64,000 nt of DNA from Octopus sinensis (GCF_006345805.1 NC_043003.1:31062001-31126000); one strand, 5' to 3'; counted from the stretch's first letter, positions 27,313 through 41,136 are shown. The notes: a model not told the origin generated them from the letters alone. Translations and numbers: made by a program.

Positions 27313-28483
27313 ATGGCAGAAGTGCGACTGTTTTGAAGAAAGAAAATTCATTATAAAGTGCTACTGGAAGCACGAAAACATCGTAGAAGTGCAAAGACAA
27401 TTTAGAAAACATTTTCATAATGATCCACCAACGCGTTGCACCATTGCTTGCATCTGGAGATAAGTTTGAATCAGATGGAATTGTCCATAATGTCCATAAA
27501 GAGCGTTCAAGAAGACCACGGTCATCAACCAGTTCCGCAAAGGAAAAACAGTTGCTAGAAACCCTCCACCGATCCCCATAGAAAATCTATACGACAAATG
27601 GCTCGTGAGACAGGAATCCTTGAATCAAGCACCTATCGCATTTCGAATCGAGTTTATTGGAAATGTAATATTCCAACATTAATCCATGTTTTAAATGAAG
27701 ACGATCCTGACTCGAGAGCTGAAGTTTGTGAATAGTATCTGGACAAATATGAGATTCAGCATTCCCATGCAAAATTGTATGGAGCGATGTGAACAGCTTG
27801 ATGTTAAATGTCTCAACTGGCTCACTTGCATCTACTGGGTTCCTGAAAATCAGTATGTTAATATATAAAACCAAACCATTTGAACTTAAAAGGGGTTACA
27901 GTATTGTGTGGGATATCATCAGTGAGCATCCTAGGGTCATTCTTTTTTGACTAAACTGTCACTGGAGATGTTTACACTAAACTTGTTGCAGGAACCCGTT
28001 GTTCCACGTGTCGAAGAGTTGTTTGGTGACGAAGTGATTTACTTTCAGCATGATGAAATACCTCCCCACAACCATTTTGATGTAAGGGCCGAAATCGATG
28101 CAACTTTTCCAAACTGATGGATTGAGCGAAGATGTAGTGCTAAATTTCTTGGGTGTTCCCCAGATCTCACTCCAATTGAAATATTTTCATGTGGGTATCA
28201 CAAAGATAAAGTTTACGGTTCAAAGCTAGCAACAGTCGATGAGATGAAAGAAGCAATTGAAAGACAATATCTCACAGTTCCAAATGGAATGATTTGTAAC
28301 GCTGTTGAATTCATTGTTCCACATTACCGGGTGTGTGTGGAAAGCGGTGGTCGTCAGTTTCAACATTATGAATATTTATTTATCCATTCATGCATTTAAA
28401 CATTATTCTTGTTCCTAAGTCAATAAAGAATAAATTTACTGTCATTTAAAGAGTGAGAATATATTTTTTTGGACATACCGTAT
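27313..28483 (+). pseudogene. Tc1/mariner-superfamily transposase pseudogene with probable right TIR
   Basis: ATG at 27313 (MAEVRL..ERKFIIKCYWKHENIVEVQRQF), HRSPxKSIRQMARETG, YFQHDEIPPH and SPDLTPIEIF..KDKVY. Many stops and frameshifts. Ends TTTTTGGACATACCG-TA. Confidence 0.85.
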
Positions 28484-28496
28484 AGGTATGTAAATA

Positions 28497-28570
<74 letters not shown>

Positions 28571-28590
28571 TATATGTATATATATGTATA

Positions 28591-28647
<57 letters not shown>

Positions 28648-28653
28648 ATAATA

Positions 28654-30300
28654 TCGGTGCCACCTCACTCTCCCGTGAACATCTAGATTCCTTCCTCTCT
28701 TTCGTTCAATCTTTCCATCCAGCCCTCCACTTCACTTCCACTATCTCCAACACCTCTGTCTCCTTCCTCGACATTTCGGTTAGCATTCTTCACTCCACTC
28801 TTACCACCTCCATTCACTACAAACACACAGACTCACACTCTTACCTCAACTTCTCTTCCTCCCACCCAGAACACACCAAGCTTTCCATCCCCTATTCCCA
28901 ATTCCTCCGTCTACGTAGGCTCTGTAGTGACGACCATGACTTTGAGACTCAGTCTCAACGTATGGCTCACCACTTCATCCTACGTGGATACCCCCTCACC
29001 ACTATCCACACCGCCCTTGCCAGAGCACGTTCCGTGGACCGTGTATCTGCTCTCTCTCCCCGAACCCGCCCTGTAGTCTCCCGCCTCCATTTTCCCCTCA
29101 CTTACCACCCCACGACCCTATCTCTCCAACGCACCATTCTTAGAGCTTTCCGTCATCTCCAGTCCGACCCGTCCACTTCACACCTCTTCCCTAACCGACC
29201 CCTCCCCTCTTTCAAACGAGCCCATAACCTTCGAGACCTTTTGGTCCATAGCTCCTTCCCTGACCCTACCTCCCAACCTGGCTCGTTCCCCTGCTCCCTC
29301 CCACGTTGCCGCACTTGCCCTTACCTCTCCAACACCACCCTCCTCACTGGCACCTATCATCGACCCTTTCGCATCATCAACTCCTTCACCTGCACCTCCA
29401 GCATTATTATCTATTGCGTCTCTTGCTCTCTCTGCCATTCCCTGTACATCGGACAAACGGGACGCCGCTTGGCTGACCGGTTCGCGGAACACCTTCGTGA
29501 CATCCACCTTGCGAACGACAACCGGTCTCACGCCATTTCCGCTCCACCGGTCACTCCTTGCAACACCTGTCTGTGTCAGTTTGTCCTACACAGAGGCCAT
29601 CCGGATTCCCGTTTGCGCCGTGAACAGGAATTAATCTTCTCTCTTCGCTCTTATATGCCATTTGGTCTCAACTACTCCCCCCCCTCCTCATCTAATCCCC
29701 CTCTCCCCCTCCTCATCTAACTCCCCCCGACCCCTACTTCCTTCAGCCTTCATCCTTTCACCCCTACTCCTCTTCCCTTCTTCCTTTTCTCCCTCCCTCC
29801 TTCTTCCCTCTTCCCCTTCCCTCTGCCTCTCACTCCCCTTCCTCTCCCCTCTCTCCTCTATCCTCCCTTCCTCTCCCCCTCCTCTTCTCCTCTCCTTCCT
29901 CTCTCCCTCCCCTCCCCTCACTAATCTCTCTCATACACACACACACACTCTTCTCATACACACACACCACACACTCTTATGTTTGAGCGGGGTCATTCAA
30001 CCCAATATCTCCCCTTTTCGCTCTTGCGTCTCATGTTTGATCTTTGACTTCTGGCCGAAATCAGATCGCCATGTTGATTCGCTAGCTTTTGTACGCATAT
30101 TTTTTTTCTCCTTCTTTCTGTGTTTTTTTTCTCTGTGTATCTTTCTGTTGAAGAGCGTAGGCTCGAAACGTTAAAGACTTGTTTCATTTATATTTCCTGA
30201 GCGCCATACTAATACAATTGTTTGTTTGTATTCCACCTGCCTTCATCTTTTGTTTATTTCCGTAAACCTGCCTTCGTCTTTTGTCTATTTTCATAAAGCT
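28654..30300 (+). mobile_element. 5'-truncated Penelope-like element (RT C-terminus plus GIY-YIG endonuclease, 3' pLTR) inserted in (TA)n
   Basis: [54 protein letters not shown], CxxPRCxTC and IIYCVSCSLCHSLYIGQTGRRLADRFAEH. TA tracts on both sides. Confidence 0.92.
30140..30177 (+). ncRNA. Minimal hammerhead-like motif in the PLE pLTR (variant core CUGUUGA)
   Basis: UCUUU-CUGUUGA-A-GAGC(GUAG)GCUC-GAA-ACGU-U-AAAGA. Stems I and II and a palindromic ACGU stem III are present, but core A6 is replaced by U. Confidence 0.55.
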
Positions 30301-30654
30301 TCCCGTTATATATATATATACACGCACACACACATACATATACATTTTATACATGCATATATACATGAATTTCTATAAATATATACATATATATACATAC
30401 AAAGATAGTTACATACACACATACACAAATGCACAAATATACATGCGCATTTATACAAACGCAAATATACTTCTGAAGAAAATCTTTGATTTGAAATATT
30501 AGTATTTCTACAAATATAAAGGAAATGAAAGCAAGTATATTAGTCTAGATTATATGTATTGAAATCTTCAATGACTGATCGCTGAGTTTGTTACTAGGAT
30601 TAATATAATGATAGATATATATATGTGTGTATGTGTGTATAAATAAATATATAT

Positions 30655-30728
<74 letters not shown>

Positions 30729-30744
30729 ATCTACATATATGTAT

Positions 30745-30910
30745 GCGTTAGATCGCTAGCCACTACACATTCTTTATTTTCTCTCTTTGTTTCTTTCTGT
30801 GTTCCTTTCTGTGGAAGAGCATAGGCTCGAAACGTTAAAGACTTTTTCACTTCCCGAGCGTTAAACTAATGCATATGTTTGTTGTCTACACCACCTGTCT
30901 TTGTCTTTTG
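30745..30910 (+). mobile_element. Second partial PLE pLTR copy with hammerhead-like motif (30805-30840)
   Basis: GAT(T)CGCTAGC...CTTTCTGTGGAAGAGCATAGGCTCGAAACGTTAAAGACTT parallels 30075-30270. Confidence 0.7.
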
Positions 30911-30983
30911 ATTTTTTGTGAATTCTCTTCATATATATATATTTACACACATAAATATTATATATATATATATATATTATATA

Positions 30984-31018
<35 letters not shown>

Positions 31019-31019
31019 A

Positions 31020-33885
31020 CAAAGTAAAGTTGTAAGGTACCGCACAAGTGGAAATATATTAAAAGAAGGTTTGAAAATGCAATTTTAAGATGTTTATTCA
31101 CTTGATCAGTTTCACATTTTTAGAAAAAGATTGTCAAAAGTAAAATGTAAAGCTTTGTATAAGCTTTGTTGTGTTAAGAACTAGTTGTCACAGAAGTATT
31201 AAAATTCATATATTCTTCGATAATAATAAGAAAATGTTAAAAATAGTTTACAAGAAAGTATTAAGAAAATATTCAACAAAAAGTATTACACACACGTGAA
31301 CAAACACATATACACACACATGTGCACACACAACACCCTGACAATTCCCAATCACACACATACACACACACATCACCAGGATAATTATAACAACATAAAC
31401 ATACTTAGAGAGAGACACACATACGCACTCATTTATACACACTCACGTACACACACACTCGCGTACACACACACTCACGTACACACACATAACATCCCCA
31501 TCAATATAAAACACACCAATATACACACACGCACCCACAGACGCTATCATACACACACGCGAACAAACACATACACACATGCGCACACACAACACCCTAA
31601 CAAATGTTAATCACTTACATAAACACACACAATCGTACACACATATACACACACCATCCTACCAAATATAAAAGACACACAGACCCATTTACACACGCCA
31701 TAATAAACTCTGGGACCAAATAAAAACGCCCCCACACACAGAGACACAAACACATATACACATACACATAGAGACGTGCACAGAGACACGCACACATTCA
31801 CACTATTCTGACCTCTGAGGCCAGTCTCAAAAACCACTGAACCATGACAGACTAGCTCAGAAACAAAAAAAATCCTTTTAATTCCACATTGCTCTTTCTT
31901 CCTCCGACCCTAACCAATCTCCCACACTGTCCCTTAAAATAACAGACAATCCTTAGCTACACACGAGACAGAAAAAATGTCAGAAAGATAGGTTGGTTCT
32001 TCTCGAATTCTTTGTAAACTCTTAAATATATCTCCTTCTGTGTATATATATACTACTAAACAAACATGATTTTATTGAATTCTTAATACTTTTTCTGTGT
32101 ATGTATATATATACTATCAAACAAACATGATTTTTATTGAACTCTGCCTGTCTCTGTCTCTCTTGTTTACTCTTGTAGGTGCGAGGTCGTTGTGAAGTCT
32201 TGGTGCAGAAGAAGGAGGAGGAGAAGGAGGAGAAGAGAAGAAGAAGAAGAAGAAGAAGAAGAAGAAGAAGAAGAAGAAGAAGAAGAAGAAGAAGAGAAGA
32301 AGAAGAAGAGAGAAGAATGCGGGGAGTGAAGTGCATGATAGTAGTATGTAAATGGTTAAGTGCCCTGAAAGTGACCGTTGTGGATGGTAGTAGTGATTGA
32401 ATTATTGGGATATTCCTTTTGAATGTCTTGTTTATAAAATTTGCGTAGGTGTTATTCTAAACAGTAATAGTGGTAAAGTTAGGAAGAAGGTGGCGGAGAG
32501 GGAGAAGATGAAGAAGAAGAAGAAGGAGAAAGAGAAGGGAGAATAAGAAGGAATGTAGGCAGTATGATAGTAGTAGGGTGTTAAATGGTCAAGTAACTTA
32601 AAAGTGGGTCGTTATGGATTATAGCAGTGATTGGGACTGTTTTTTAATGAATTCTTGGAAATCTCTTGAGTGTATCATTTTAAATATTTGCGTGTGTATT
32701 TGTGTTATTCTAAGATATCCCAAATTAAAGAAGGATTTACAACCAAAAGCTCTCTCATACATCTTCACGCACAACCCTCTTAACAATGAAGCCATCGACA
32801 CCATCCTTCAAAACATTCCCCTCCTAAAAAAGGACCACAGAATGAACTTAATCCTCCAAACACACACCACCATAAAAAGCAAGAGACAACCCAAATCTAT
32901 GAAAAGTCTCCTAACACAAGCCCGAATACTCTCAACAACAACACAGAAGCCGTCAGTAAAAAGTGCAGAAGACCCAACTGTGGGATATGCGTCAATTTAA
33001 TTGATGGATCAGAGTTCTCCTTCAAACAGGAATAACGTTTCACAGTGAAAAGCAGCTTCACATGTGCCTCGGAAAACCTAATATACGCACTAGCCTGCTC
33101 TGGGTATCAAGAGCAATACATAGGCCAAACAAAAAACAGTCTACGTAAAAGAATGGCTCTTCACAGATTCCATTCAGCCAACACATCGACATTTGCAACA
33201 ATAAAAAAATCCAAGCTTCAGAATTTTCCCCTCTACCAATTCAGGGACGATACAACCTGTAGCCACGAATTAGTAAAGAGACTCTCTTTATTACAAAATA
33301 CAGACCCCTTTTGAACGCGTCTACAACACACGACATGTCCACCACGGCCTTAGAATAACACAAACACACACGCAAATATTAAAAATGATGCACTCAAGAG
33401 ATTTCCATGAATTCATTAAAAACAGTCCCAATCACTGCTATAATCCATAACGACTCACTTTTAAGTCACTTGACCATTTGACACCCTACTACTATCATAC
33501 TGCCTACATTCCTTCTTATTCTCTCTTCTCTTTCTCCTTCTTTTTCTTCGTCTTCTTCTTCTTCGCAACCTCCTTCCTAACTTTACCACTATTACTGTTT
33601 AGAGTAACACATACGCAAATTTTATAAATAAAACATTCAAAAGAGATATCTCAGTAATTCGATCACTGCTACCATCTACAACGGGTCACTTTCAGGGCAC
33701 TTGACAATTTAACATACTACTATCATGGCACTCCCGCATTCTTCTTCTTCTTCTTCTTCTTCTTCTTCTCTTCTTCTTCTTCTTCTTCTTCTTCTTCTTC
33801 TTCTTCTTCCGTACCAAGACTTCACAACAACCTCGAACCCACAAGAGTAAACAAGAGAGATAGAGACAGGAGGCAGAAACAAGGA
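31020..33885. mobile_element. Penelope-like element with an inverted 3' arm (left arm minus, GIY-YIG fragment and 3' region plus)
   Basis: 32713-33312 encodes KSSFTCASENLIYALACSGYQEQYIGQTKNSLRKRM. About 32140-32712 is the reverse complement of about 33350-33880. Confidence 0.8.
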
Positions 33886-34093
33886 AAATGCCCCTTGTAT
33901 TTGAATATTATGCAAATATTCTTAAAAAACATTTTTCTTTTAATTTTTCCTAAAATTAATTGTTTTCCATACTTTCAGTTGAAAAAGTCTCAAAGACTGA
34001 AACAGTACTGGAATGTTTTTTATAAAATTATTTTAGCATTTTCTACCTTGACTTTTTCCATATATATCAACTCATGTGTTCCTTTTCAACCTG

Positions 34094-34136
<43 letters not shown>

Positions 34137-34309
34137 ATTTATTACATATCTCTATGTACACACTCTTACACATCTATATGAGCTGCGAAGATAAACAACC
34201 TACTAAAAGTAGCAGCCAAATCGCCCTTTAAATCCTGAAATCACACCCTTGTGTGAAAGTTGACAATGAGCCTTCTATATGGTATCTGAAAATGTGAGAA
34301 CTATTCTTT

Positions 34310-34519
34310 TTTGCTCTAGGCACAAGGCCCGAAGTTTTTGGGGAGGGGGCCAGTCGATTAGATCGACTCCAGTACGCAACTGCTACTTAATTTATCGACC
34401 CCGAAAGGATGAAAGGCAAAGTCGACCTCGGCGGAATTTGAACTCAGAACGTAAAAACAGACGAAATACCGCTAAGCATTTCGCCCGGCGTGCTAACGTT
34501 TCTGCCAGCTCACCGCCTA
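34310..34519 (-). mobile_element. Family A SINE
   Basis: Near-consensus reverse complement of the family A head and body. Confidence 0.9.
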
Positions 34520-34739
34520 AAATGAGGAAAATATCAACCAAATTTTTTTCAAACAACAGCTCACTATCTTATGCATCCTTATATCTATGAAATCTCTATG
34601 CGTTAGATAATCATGCCAATTCTCCCTCATAACATTTTTCTCACTCATGTTACTGTAATACAAATATGCGAGCATCGCCAAATATTGGCGTAATATAATT
34701 CAATTTATGATATGATACTAAATATAAAATAAATTTAAC

Positions 34740-34796
34740 AAACTGATTGACTAACTAACCAACGGACTAACTAAATAACCAACCAACCAACCAACC

Positions 34797-34863
<67 letters not shown>

Positions 34864-35236
34864 CAACTATCTAACCAATTAACTGACTGACTAACTAACC
34901 AACGGACTAACTAACCAAGTAACTGATTGACTAACTAACCAACGGACTAACTAACCAATTAACTGACTGACTAACTAACCAATTAATTGACTGACTAACT
35001 AACTAACCAACTAACTCACAGACCGACCGACTAACTAATCAACTTACTAACAAACTAGGAACTAATCATCTAACTAACCAATTGACTAATTAACCAATTC
35101 ACTGACTGATTGGCAAAATAACTAACTAGCTCTACGCCTATCTAAGTGATTAACTAACTAGCAAGATAGCTAGCTAACACAATAACAAACTATACTCACT
35201 AACCAACCAACCAACCAGCCAATCAACCAACCAACC

Positions 35237-35330
<94 letters not shown>

Positions 35331-35880
35331 TATCTATCTACCTAACTAACTAACTACTAACTAACTAACTAACCAACTATCTAACCAATTAACTGACTGA
35401 CTAACTAACCAACGGACTAACTAACCAAGTAACTGATTGACTAACTAACCAACGGACTAACTAACCAATTAACTGACTGACTAACTAACCATTAATTGAC
35501 TGACTAACTAACTAACCAACTAACTCACAGACCGACCGACTAACTAATCAACTTACTAACAAACTAGAACTATCATCTAACTAACCAATTGACTAATTAA
35601 CCAATTCACTGACTGATTGGCAAAATAACTAACTAGCTCTACGCCTATCTAAGTGATTAACTAACTAGCAAGATAGCTAGCTAACACAATAACAAACTAT
35701 ACTCACTAACCAACCAACCAACCAACCAACCAACCAACCAACCAACTAACTAACTAACTAACTAACTACTAACTAACTAACTAACTAACTACTAACTAAC
35801 TAACTACTAACTAACTAACTACTAACTAACTAACTAACTACTAACTAACTAACTAACTACTAACTAACTAACTAACTGAT
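34740..35880. repeat. Compound (AACT)n/(AACC)n/(ATCT)n satellite containing a block duplication of about 510 bp
   Basis: The variant string AACCAACTATCTAACCAATTAACTGACTG starts at both 34861 and 35371. Confidence 0.9.
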
Positions 35881-35937
35881 ATGCTTAAGTTATCTAATAT
35901 ACTGCGAACGAGTCAATCAATTCTACAATTTCCTCAG

Positions 35938-36476
35938 AAATCCAAACAACCCAATAAACTTGCCTCATGTCGACAAAAGAAATCAATATAGTGTAGTATT
36001 AGTTATACATTGTGAATGAACACCAGAAAATCTATCATATCAGACGTTCAGTGAAAAATATGTAAGTTTTGTTGAAAGTCTTCCTATTGTCTTTTCTCTT
36101 TCTGTTTCACTGTCTGCTCCTCTCTTTCTCTCTCTCGTTAAAGCAAGAAAATGCTAATACAATTTGCCAGACTCCAATCAGTCGAAGACTGAGATGTCAT
36201 TTACCTGTATGTCTTCCTTTACTTTCCACTTGAATACCACGAAAGAAGAAAAACAAAGAAGGAAAAATAGACACTGAAGAACAAAAAGACTGAGAATAGC
36301 AAGAGTAAAAGGTGGAGTAGGAGTCGGATAAAGAGGATAAAGGCTAGTCTGTAGTATATAATTGAATGCAGTCTGATGAAGTCTTTAAGATGATTCTTCT
36401 TTACCAAAATGAATGCAAGGATAAAAGGTAAACACAAAGCAAATACTCGAACACATAAGAAACGAAACAATAAAGA

Positions 36477-36516
<40 letters not shown>

Positions 36517-37051
36517 AAGAGAGGGAGAGAGAGAGAGAAGAGAGAGACATAAGGAAGAAAAATAAAAAAAGAGAGAAGGAAACGGAAACAGGCATGCTTA
36601 TAAATGACACACTCCTACACACACACACACATTCAAACCCAATCGGTAATTAAACAAATAAACAACAAAAGACAATAAAAAAGGAATGAAATTTCCACAA
36701 TGTTTAAAATAAAGATAGAAAGAAACAGAAACAAATACAAGTAAAAGAGAGTAAAATAAATTTTAAAAATGTAAATGTGTCGACTTTTGAAACAGAGGTA
36801 AAAACAAAAAAAAAAAAAACAAACAAAATAGATTGAAGTAAAGAAAAAAATAATAAAATAGAAGAAAATTCTATTTTAGTGTTGTATGTTATACATAAAC
36901 TATGAAAAGATGAGATTTAGTCTCGTGTATTTCGGGAGACTTTTGGCTGGTGAATTTAATTTTATTTATCTAGACGCCATTTGTATCGTTCACATCTGGC
37001 AGACATAATAATGAAGGGGATGTGTCTAGGCTTATTGAATCAGCTGAATAA
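35938..37051 (+). other. Candidate three-exon 3' end of a spliced transcript (35938-36061, 36144-36206, 36974-37051)
   Basis: Acceptors TTCCTCAG, a long pyrimidine tract plus AAG, and TTTATCTAG. Donors GTAAGT and GTATGT. The last two exons join in frame to a TAA, and the first has one in-frame TGA. No homology recognised. Confidence 0.3.
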
Positions 37052-38489
37052 TTTCTTTTCTGTCTAACGACAAAAGTAGAAGAGGCAAAGACTAAATGTT
37101 TGTCCGTTGCTAATAATTTGTGAATAAAGCGTATTATTTCGAGGCGAAACAATATAAAAAGAAATAAAAACAACACGTTGTTAACGATTCAGTGTTGAAG
37201 AGATATCGGAAAAGACACGCTTGTTAAGAGAAGACTTTTGCTAACTTCCGGGTGTTCTGTTGAACGAGTTCTTTTCCGTAATGTCTGTTTGAAAATGAAA
37301 TGAAATGAAATAAAATAATATAAATTCTGGGAAGTCGAGAGAATTTCGATAAAAAAACAATCAAAATAATATAGGAAAACTATAACTGAAGGTACAGCCG
37401 AAGCTGTTTGTTGGTTTCCAGTAATTTTGAAACTTTGACAATCGACAAGTGAGGCACCGGAAGTAGACGTATTCGATTTTGTTTAATACGGAAATTATGA
37501 GCTGGAAATTATAAAGTGGTAGTTATTGGAAGAAAGTCTTAATATAAGGAAGGAAAAAGAGAAAAATAAGGACAGAGATGTAGAGAAGTACATATGATGG
37601 AGAATTAAGAACAAAAGAGTATCTCAAAACGAGAAAAAAGAGAAACTGATTAAATTTGCTGATTGGGGAAACAGCTTAAAAATTGATAGATCAGATAGAA
37701 TGATAAAAAGGACAATGTGTCGGCTTTCTTATAGTTGGTAGATCAGTTCCTATACATCGTAAGTTCAAATCCTAATAGGACCCACTTTGTACTTTTGCTT
37801 GGTGCAGTTCAACTGTCTCCAAATTATAACACTGTGTTACACAATTTTTGTCCTTGGGTAGCAACTGGAATTTCCTATTTTCTTGCATCTGGAAAGTATG
37901 AAAAATGGCTAAAATTTCCTTTAAAGTTTGTTTTTATTACATTTATCTAAATCCTAACAAAATCCTATCTCCTCTTCAGATCCTACTGATAGCCTTCAGT
38001 GCCTTCCATGAAACTGCCAGATTGAGTATTGCAATCTTGAAGTTATACTTTTGATGTCATTGAGAGGTCTTTGTCTTGTGAGCATTACCCAAGATTATCA
38101 TCTATCACCACGAGAACTTTGCCCAAATATACTTTGTTGAAATAATAGATGACAAAAACATGTACCTTATTCTATTACCATTATTGACAACATGGTGATC
38201 TGCATTGTGAGCAGGGGAGTTATCACCAAATGAGAAAACACTCAGTTTCAATGAGCCATATGCTCTACAACATATACTCCCTCATCCATTCGGCTCAAAT
38301 GCCCGTGTATGTATGTATGTATGTATGTATGTATGTATGTATGTATGTATGTATGTATGTATGTATGTATGTATGTATATATATATATACATACATACAT
38401 ACATATATACATACGTACATACATACATACACACACACACATACACACGCGCACCCCCCCCCACATATATATATATATGTTTGTATGGT

Positions 38490-38655
38490 TGTAGGAGTGG
38501 CTGAGTGGTAAGTAGCTTGCATACCAACCATATGGTTTCGGGTTCAGTCCCACTGCGTGGCACCTTGGACAAGTATCTTCTACTATAGCCTCGGGCCCAC
38601 CAAAGCCTTGTGAGGGGATTTGGTATACGGAAACTGAAAGAAGCCCGTCGTCTAT
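38490..38655 (+). mobile_element. Family B SINE 5' half
   Basis: GGAGTGGCTGAGTGGTAAGTAGC...GGAAACTGAAAGAAGCCCGTCG. Confidence 0.85.
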
Positions 38656-38839
38656 ATGTATATATATATATATGTATATATATGTATATATATATGTATA
38701 TATATTTGAATTGCATGAACTAAAAGTCGGAGGGGGACGGGATGAACTACTTGCATCAACTTGCGATAAAAGCAGGTAGTAATTTTACCTTGTCCTTATT
38801 CTTAGTGCAAGGTTTGAAGAGGGCAAATTTTTTCAAAGT

Positions 38840-39350
38840 TAAAATAGAAGAGACAAAGGAGCATATTCGGTATATTTTGCTTATGAGTTCAATAAAGGCA
38901 ACAACGCAATGGAAAGTGCAAGGAATATTAATGCAGTATATGGGGATCAGACAATAAGCGTAAGCCAGTATCAACGGTGGTCCCAGAAAACCCGAGCTGG
39001 AAACAACAGCCTAGAAGATGAGCCTCGTCCTGGAAGATCTGTAGAGCTCGACGAGGACGTCCTGCAAACCCTCGTGGAACAAAATCCCATCGTAACTGTT
39101 GAGGAACTAACAGAATTTGCTCATTCAGCCATTCATCGACACGTGCATACCATCAAAAAACTACTATCTTTCGTTTCATGACGAAAGGTGTTCCATCAGG
39201 ATAATGATCGGCCACATACAACGAGGATGACATTCCAAAGGCTGAAGCAGTTTGAATGGGAAACGATGCCCCACCCACCATATTTGCCGGACATTCTCCA
39301 TCTGATTATCGTTTATTCCGCAGTCTTCAAAATCATTTAGATCCATAATG
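38840..39350 (+). pseudogene. Mariner (Mos1-like) transposase remnant with internal deletion
   Basis: KEHIRYILL..ESARNINAVYG..QRWSQK..SLEDEPRPGRS (HTH region), then FHQDNDRPH and PHPPYLPD (YSPDL-like). Confidence 0.85.
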
Positions 39351-39780
39351 TTAAGGTTGCATCGACGATTTTCTCGGACCATAACTTAATAGAACTAATA
39401 ATGTATGGTCTGCATGCGGGCTACTAGAAACACCCAACTCCTCTCCAGCCTGAACTGGTTAAGGTCAAACAACTGACAAGCAAAACTGTGGTATTGAGCA
39501 GAATATTTGCTGTAGCCCATCTTTTATACCAAGACAAAACAATCTACATGATAACACTTCCAATCAGTTAAGAAGTGTTGTTGTTGTTGTTCTTCTTCTT
39601 CTTCTTGTTCTTCTTGTTCTTGTTCTTGTTCTTCTTGTTCTTCTTGTCCTTCTTGTTGTTGTTGTTGTTGTTGTTGTTGTTCTTCTTCTTTCTTCTTCTT
39701 CTTCTTCTTCTTCTCTCATTATTATTATTATTATTGTTGTTGTTGTTGTTGTTATTATTGTTGTTGTTGTTGTTTTTGTA

Positions 39781-39839
<59 letters not shown>

Positions 39840-39843
<4 letters not shown>

Positions 39844-39985
39844 TAGTTTTATTTTTATAGCGTGCTTTCACTTCACTACCGAGCACAGCTCTGTGTGCCT
39901 TGGGTATGTGCTGTGATTTGTTGTGATGCTCTGATGGTTATTGTATGGAAAGTGTTCTGCGTAGGATGTGTGCAGTGCCTATTTC
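39840..39985 (-). mobile_element. R4/Dong-like 3' terminus next to (TAA)n
   Basis: GTAHILRRTL C-terminal peptide, then a short UTR running into (AAT)n on the minus strand. Confidence 0.65.
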
Positions 39986-40039
39986 TGTTGTTGTTATTAT
40001 TTATCCTTTCTCGGGTACTAGTATTCTGGATAGTGTTAG

Positions 40040-41058
40040 TAGGATTGACTGGATTTTTTTAATGGTCTAAAATGTTGGGTACGAAGTGGGAGCTATACAT
40101 GTTGGGCGCTCGTGTATTCAGAGTTGTTTCGGCGTACATTTTGATAATAGAGAGAAAGTTTTCGTCTATTAGAGGCTGTTATGATAGACTCAAAGTTGGG
40201 TGGGGTAGAGTAGGATAGCTTTAAAATAGATCTGTTAAAGATAGAATAATATTTATGTTGACGAGGGAAGTTGGAGTCTAATATATCAAAAAAGGATTTG
40301 GCTAAGTTCTTAAAATTTAATGAGAAGAGAGATTTATACCATAGAATAGAGCGCCCACCGCTTTTCTTTGGTTGCTTGGGGGTTGTGTGATCTGTATTTT
40401 TAGAAATTAGAGGTGGGGTTATATGGCCCGTTATTGTTAGCTGTTTTAGCTTTTGACCTAGTGTGATATGTATGCGTGTGGAGTCTAAGCTGCCTTAATC
40501 TGTGTTCTCCCGGGGTTCAAGTAGAGGGCACGTATGGTCTGTTATGATTATGATGGTTAGCCTGCCGTGGTGATATGAGTTGAGATATATGTTGCTTGAG
40601 CCTAGTATTAGAGATGTATTTTATTTGTTAGGCGAAGCCGCTAGCAGCGAACGCTTGGTTGTAGTATGGAGCGTGGTTATTGAATATTTCTTCAGTGGCT
40701 GAGAGGTTGGATATACGAAACGAAATACCCTTAACAATATTATCGAAGGTGGATTTGCGGTGATTGGAATTAATGTTTAAGCACTTAAGGTACTGGTTGG
40801 GTTTATGATATGGGGAGTATTAGGAGGAGGCTTCTAAGTTTAAAGTAACGTCTAAAAAAATTAGCGGTTTTATGGGAAATTTCAAAAGTAATGGATAGGT
40901 TGAGGCTGGAGAAGAATTTGTGTAGACGCTTCCTAATTCGTTCTAAAAAGGATTTATTAACGCGTAATCTCTGTTTAGGCCTCCCTAGATAAATGGGAAG
41001 TGTGTTCGGAGTTGATGGAGTAAGTAAGTATAGTCCAACGAGGTCCGCGATCTGGGTG
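40040..41058 (-). mobile_element. Decayed Penelope-like RT fragment (family distinct from 28654)
   Basis: [11 protein letters not shown]...IRKRLHKFFSSLNLSITFE..NFxxDVTLNL...HKPNQ..NINSNH..ISFRISNLSATEEIFN. Abuts (TA)n. Confidence 0.75.
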
Positions 41059-41061
41059 ATA

Positions 41062-41136
<75 letters not shown>

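Noticed and set aside
37220-37500. Possible promoter (CCGGAAGT ETS-like sites, some CpG)
   Set aside because: These are short motifs with no linked gene start, which is insufficient evidence.
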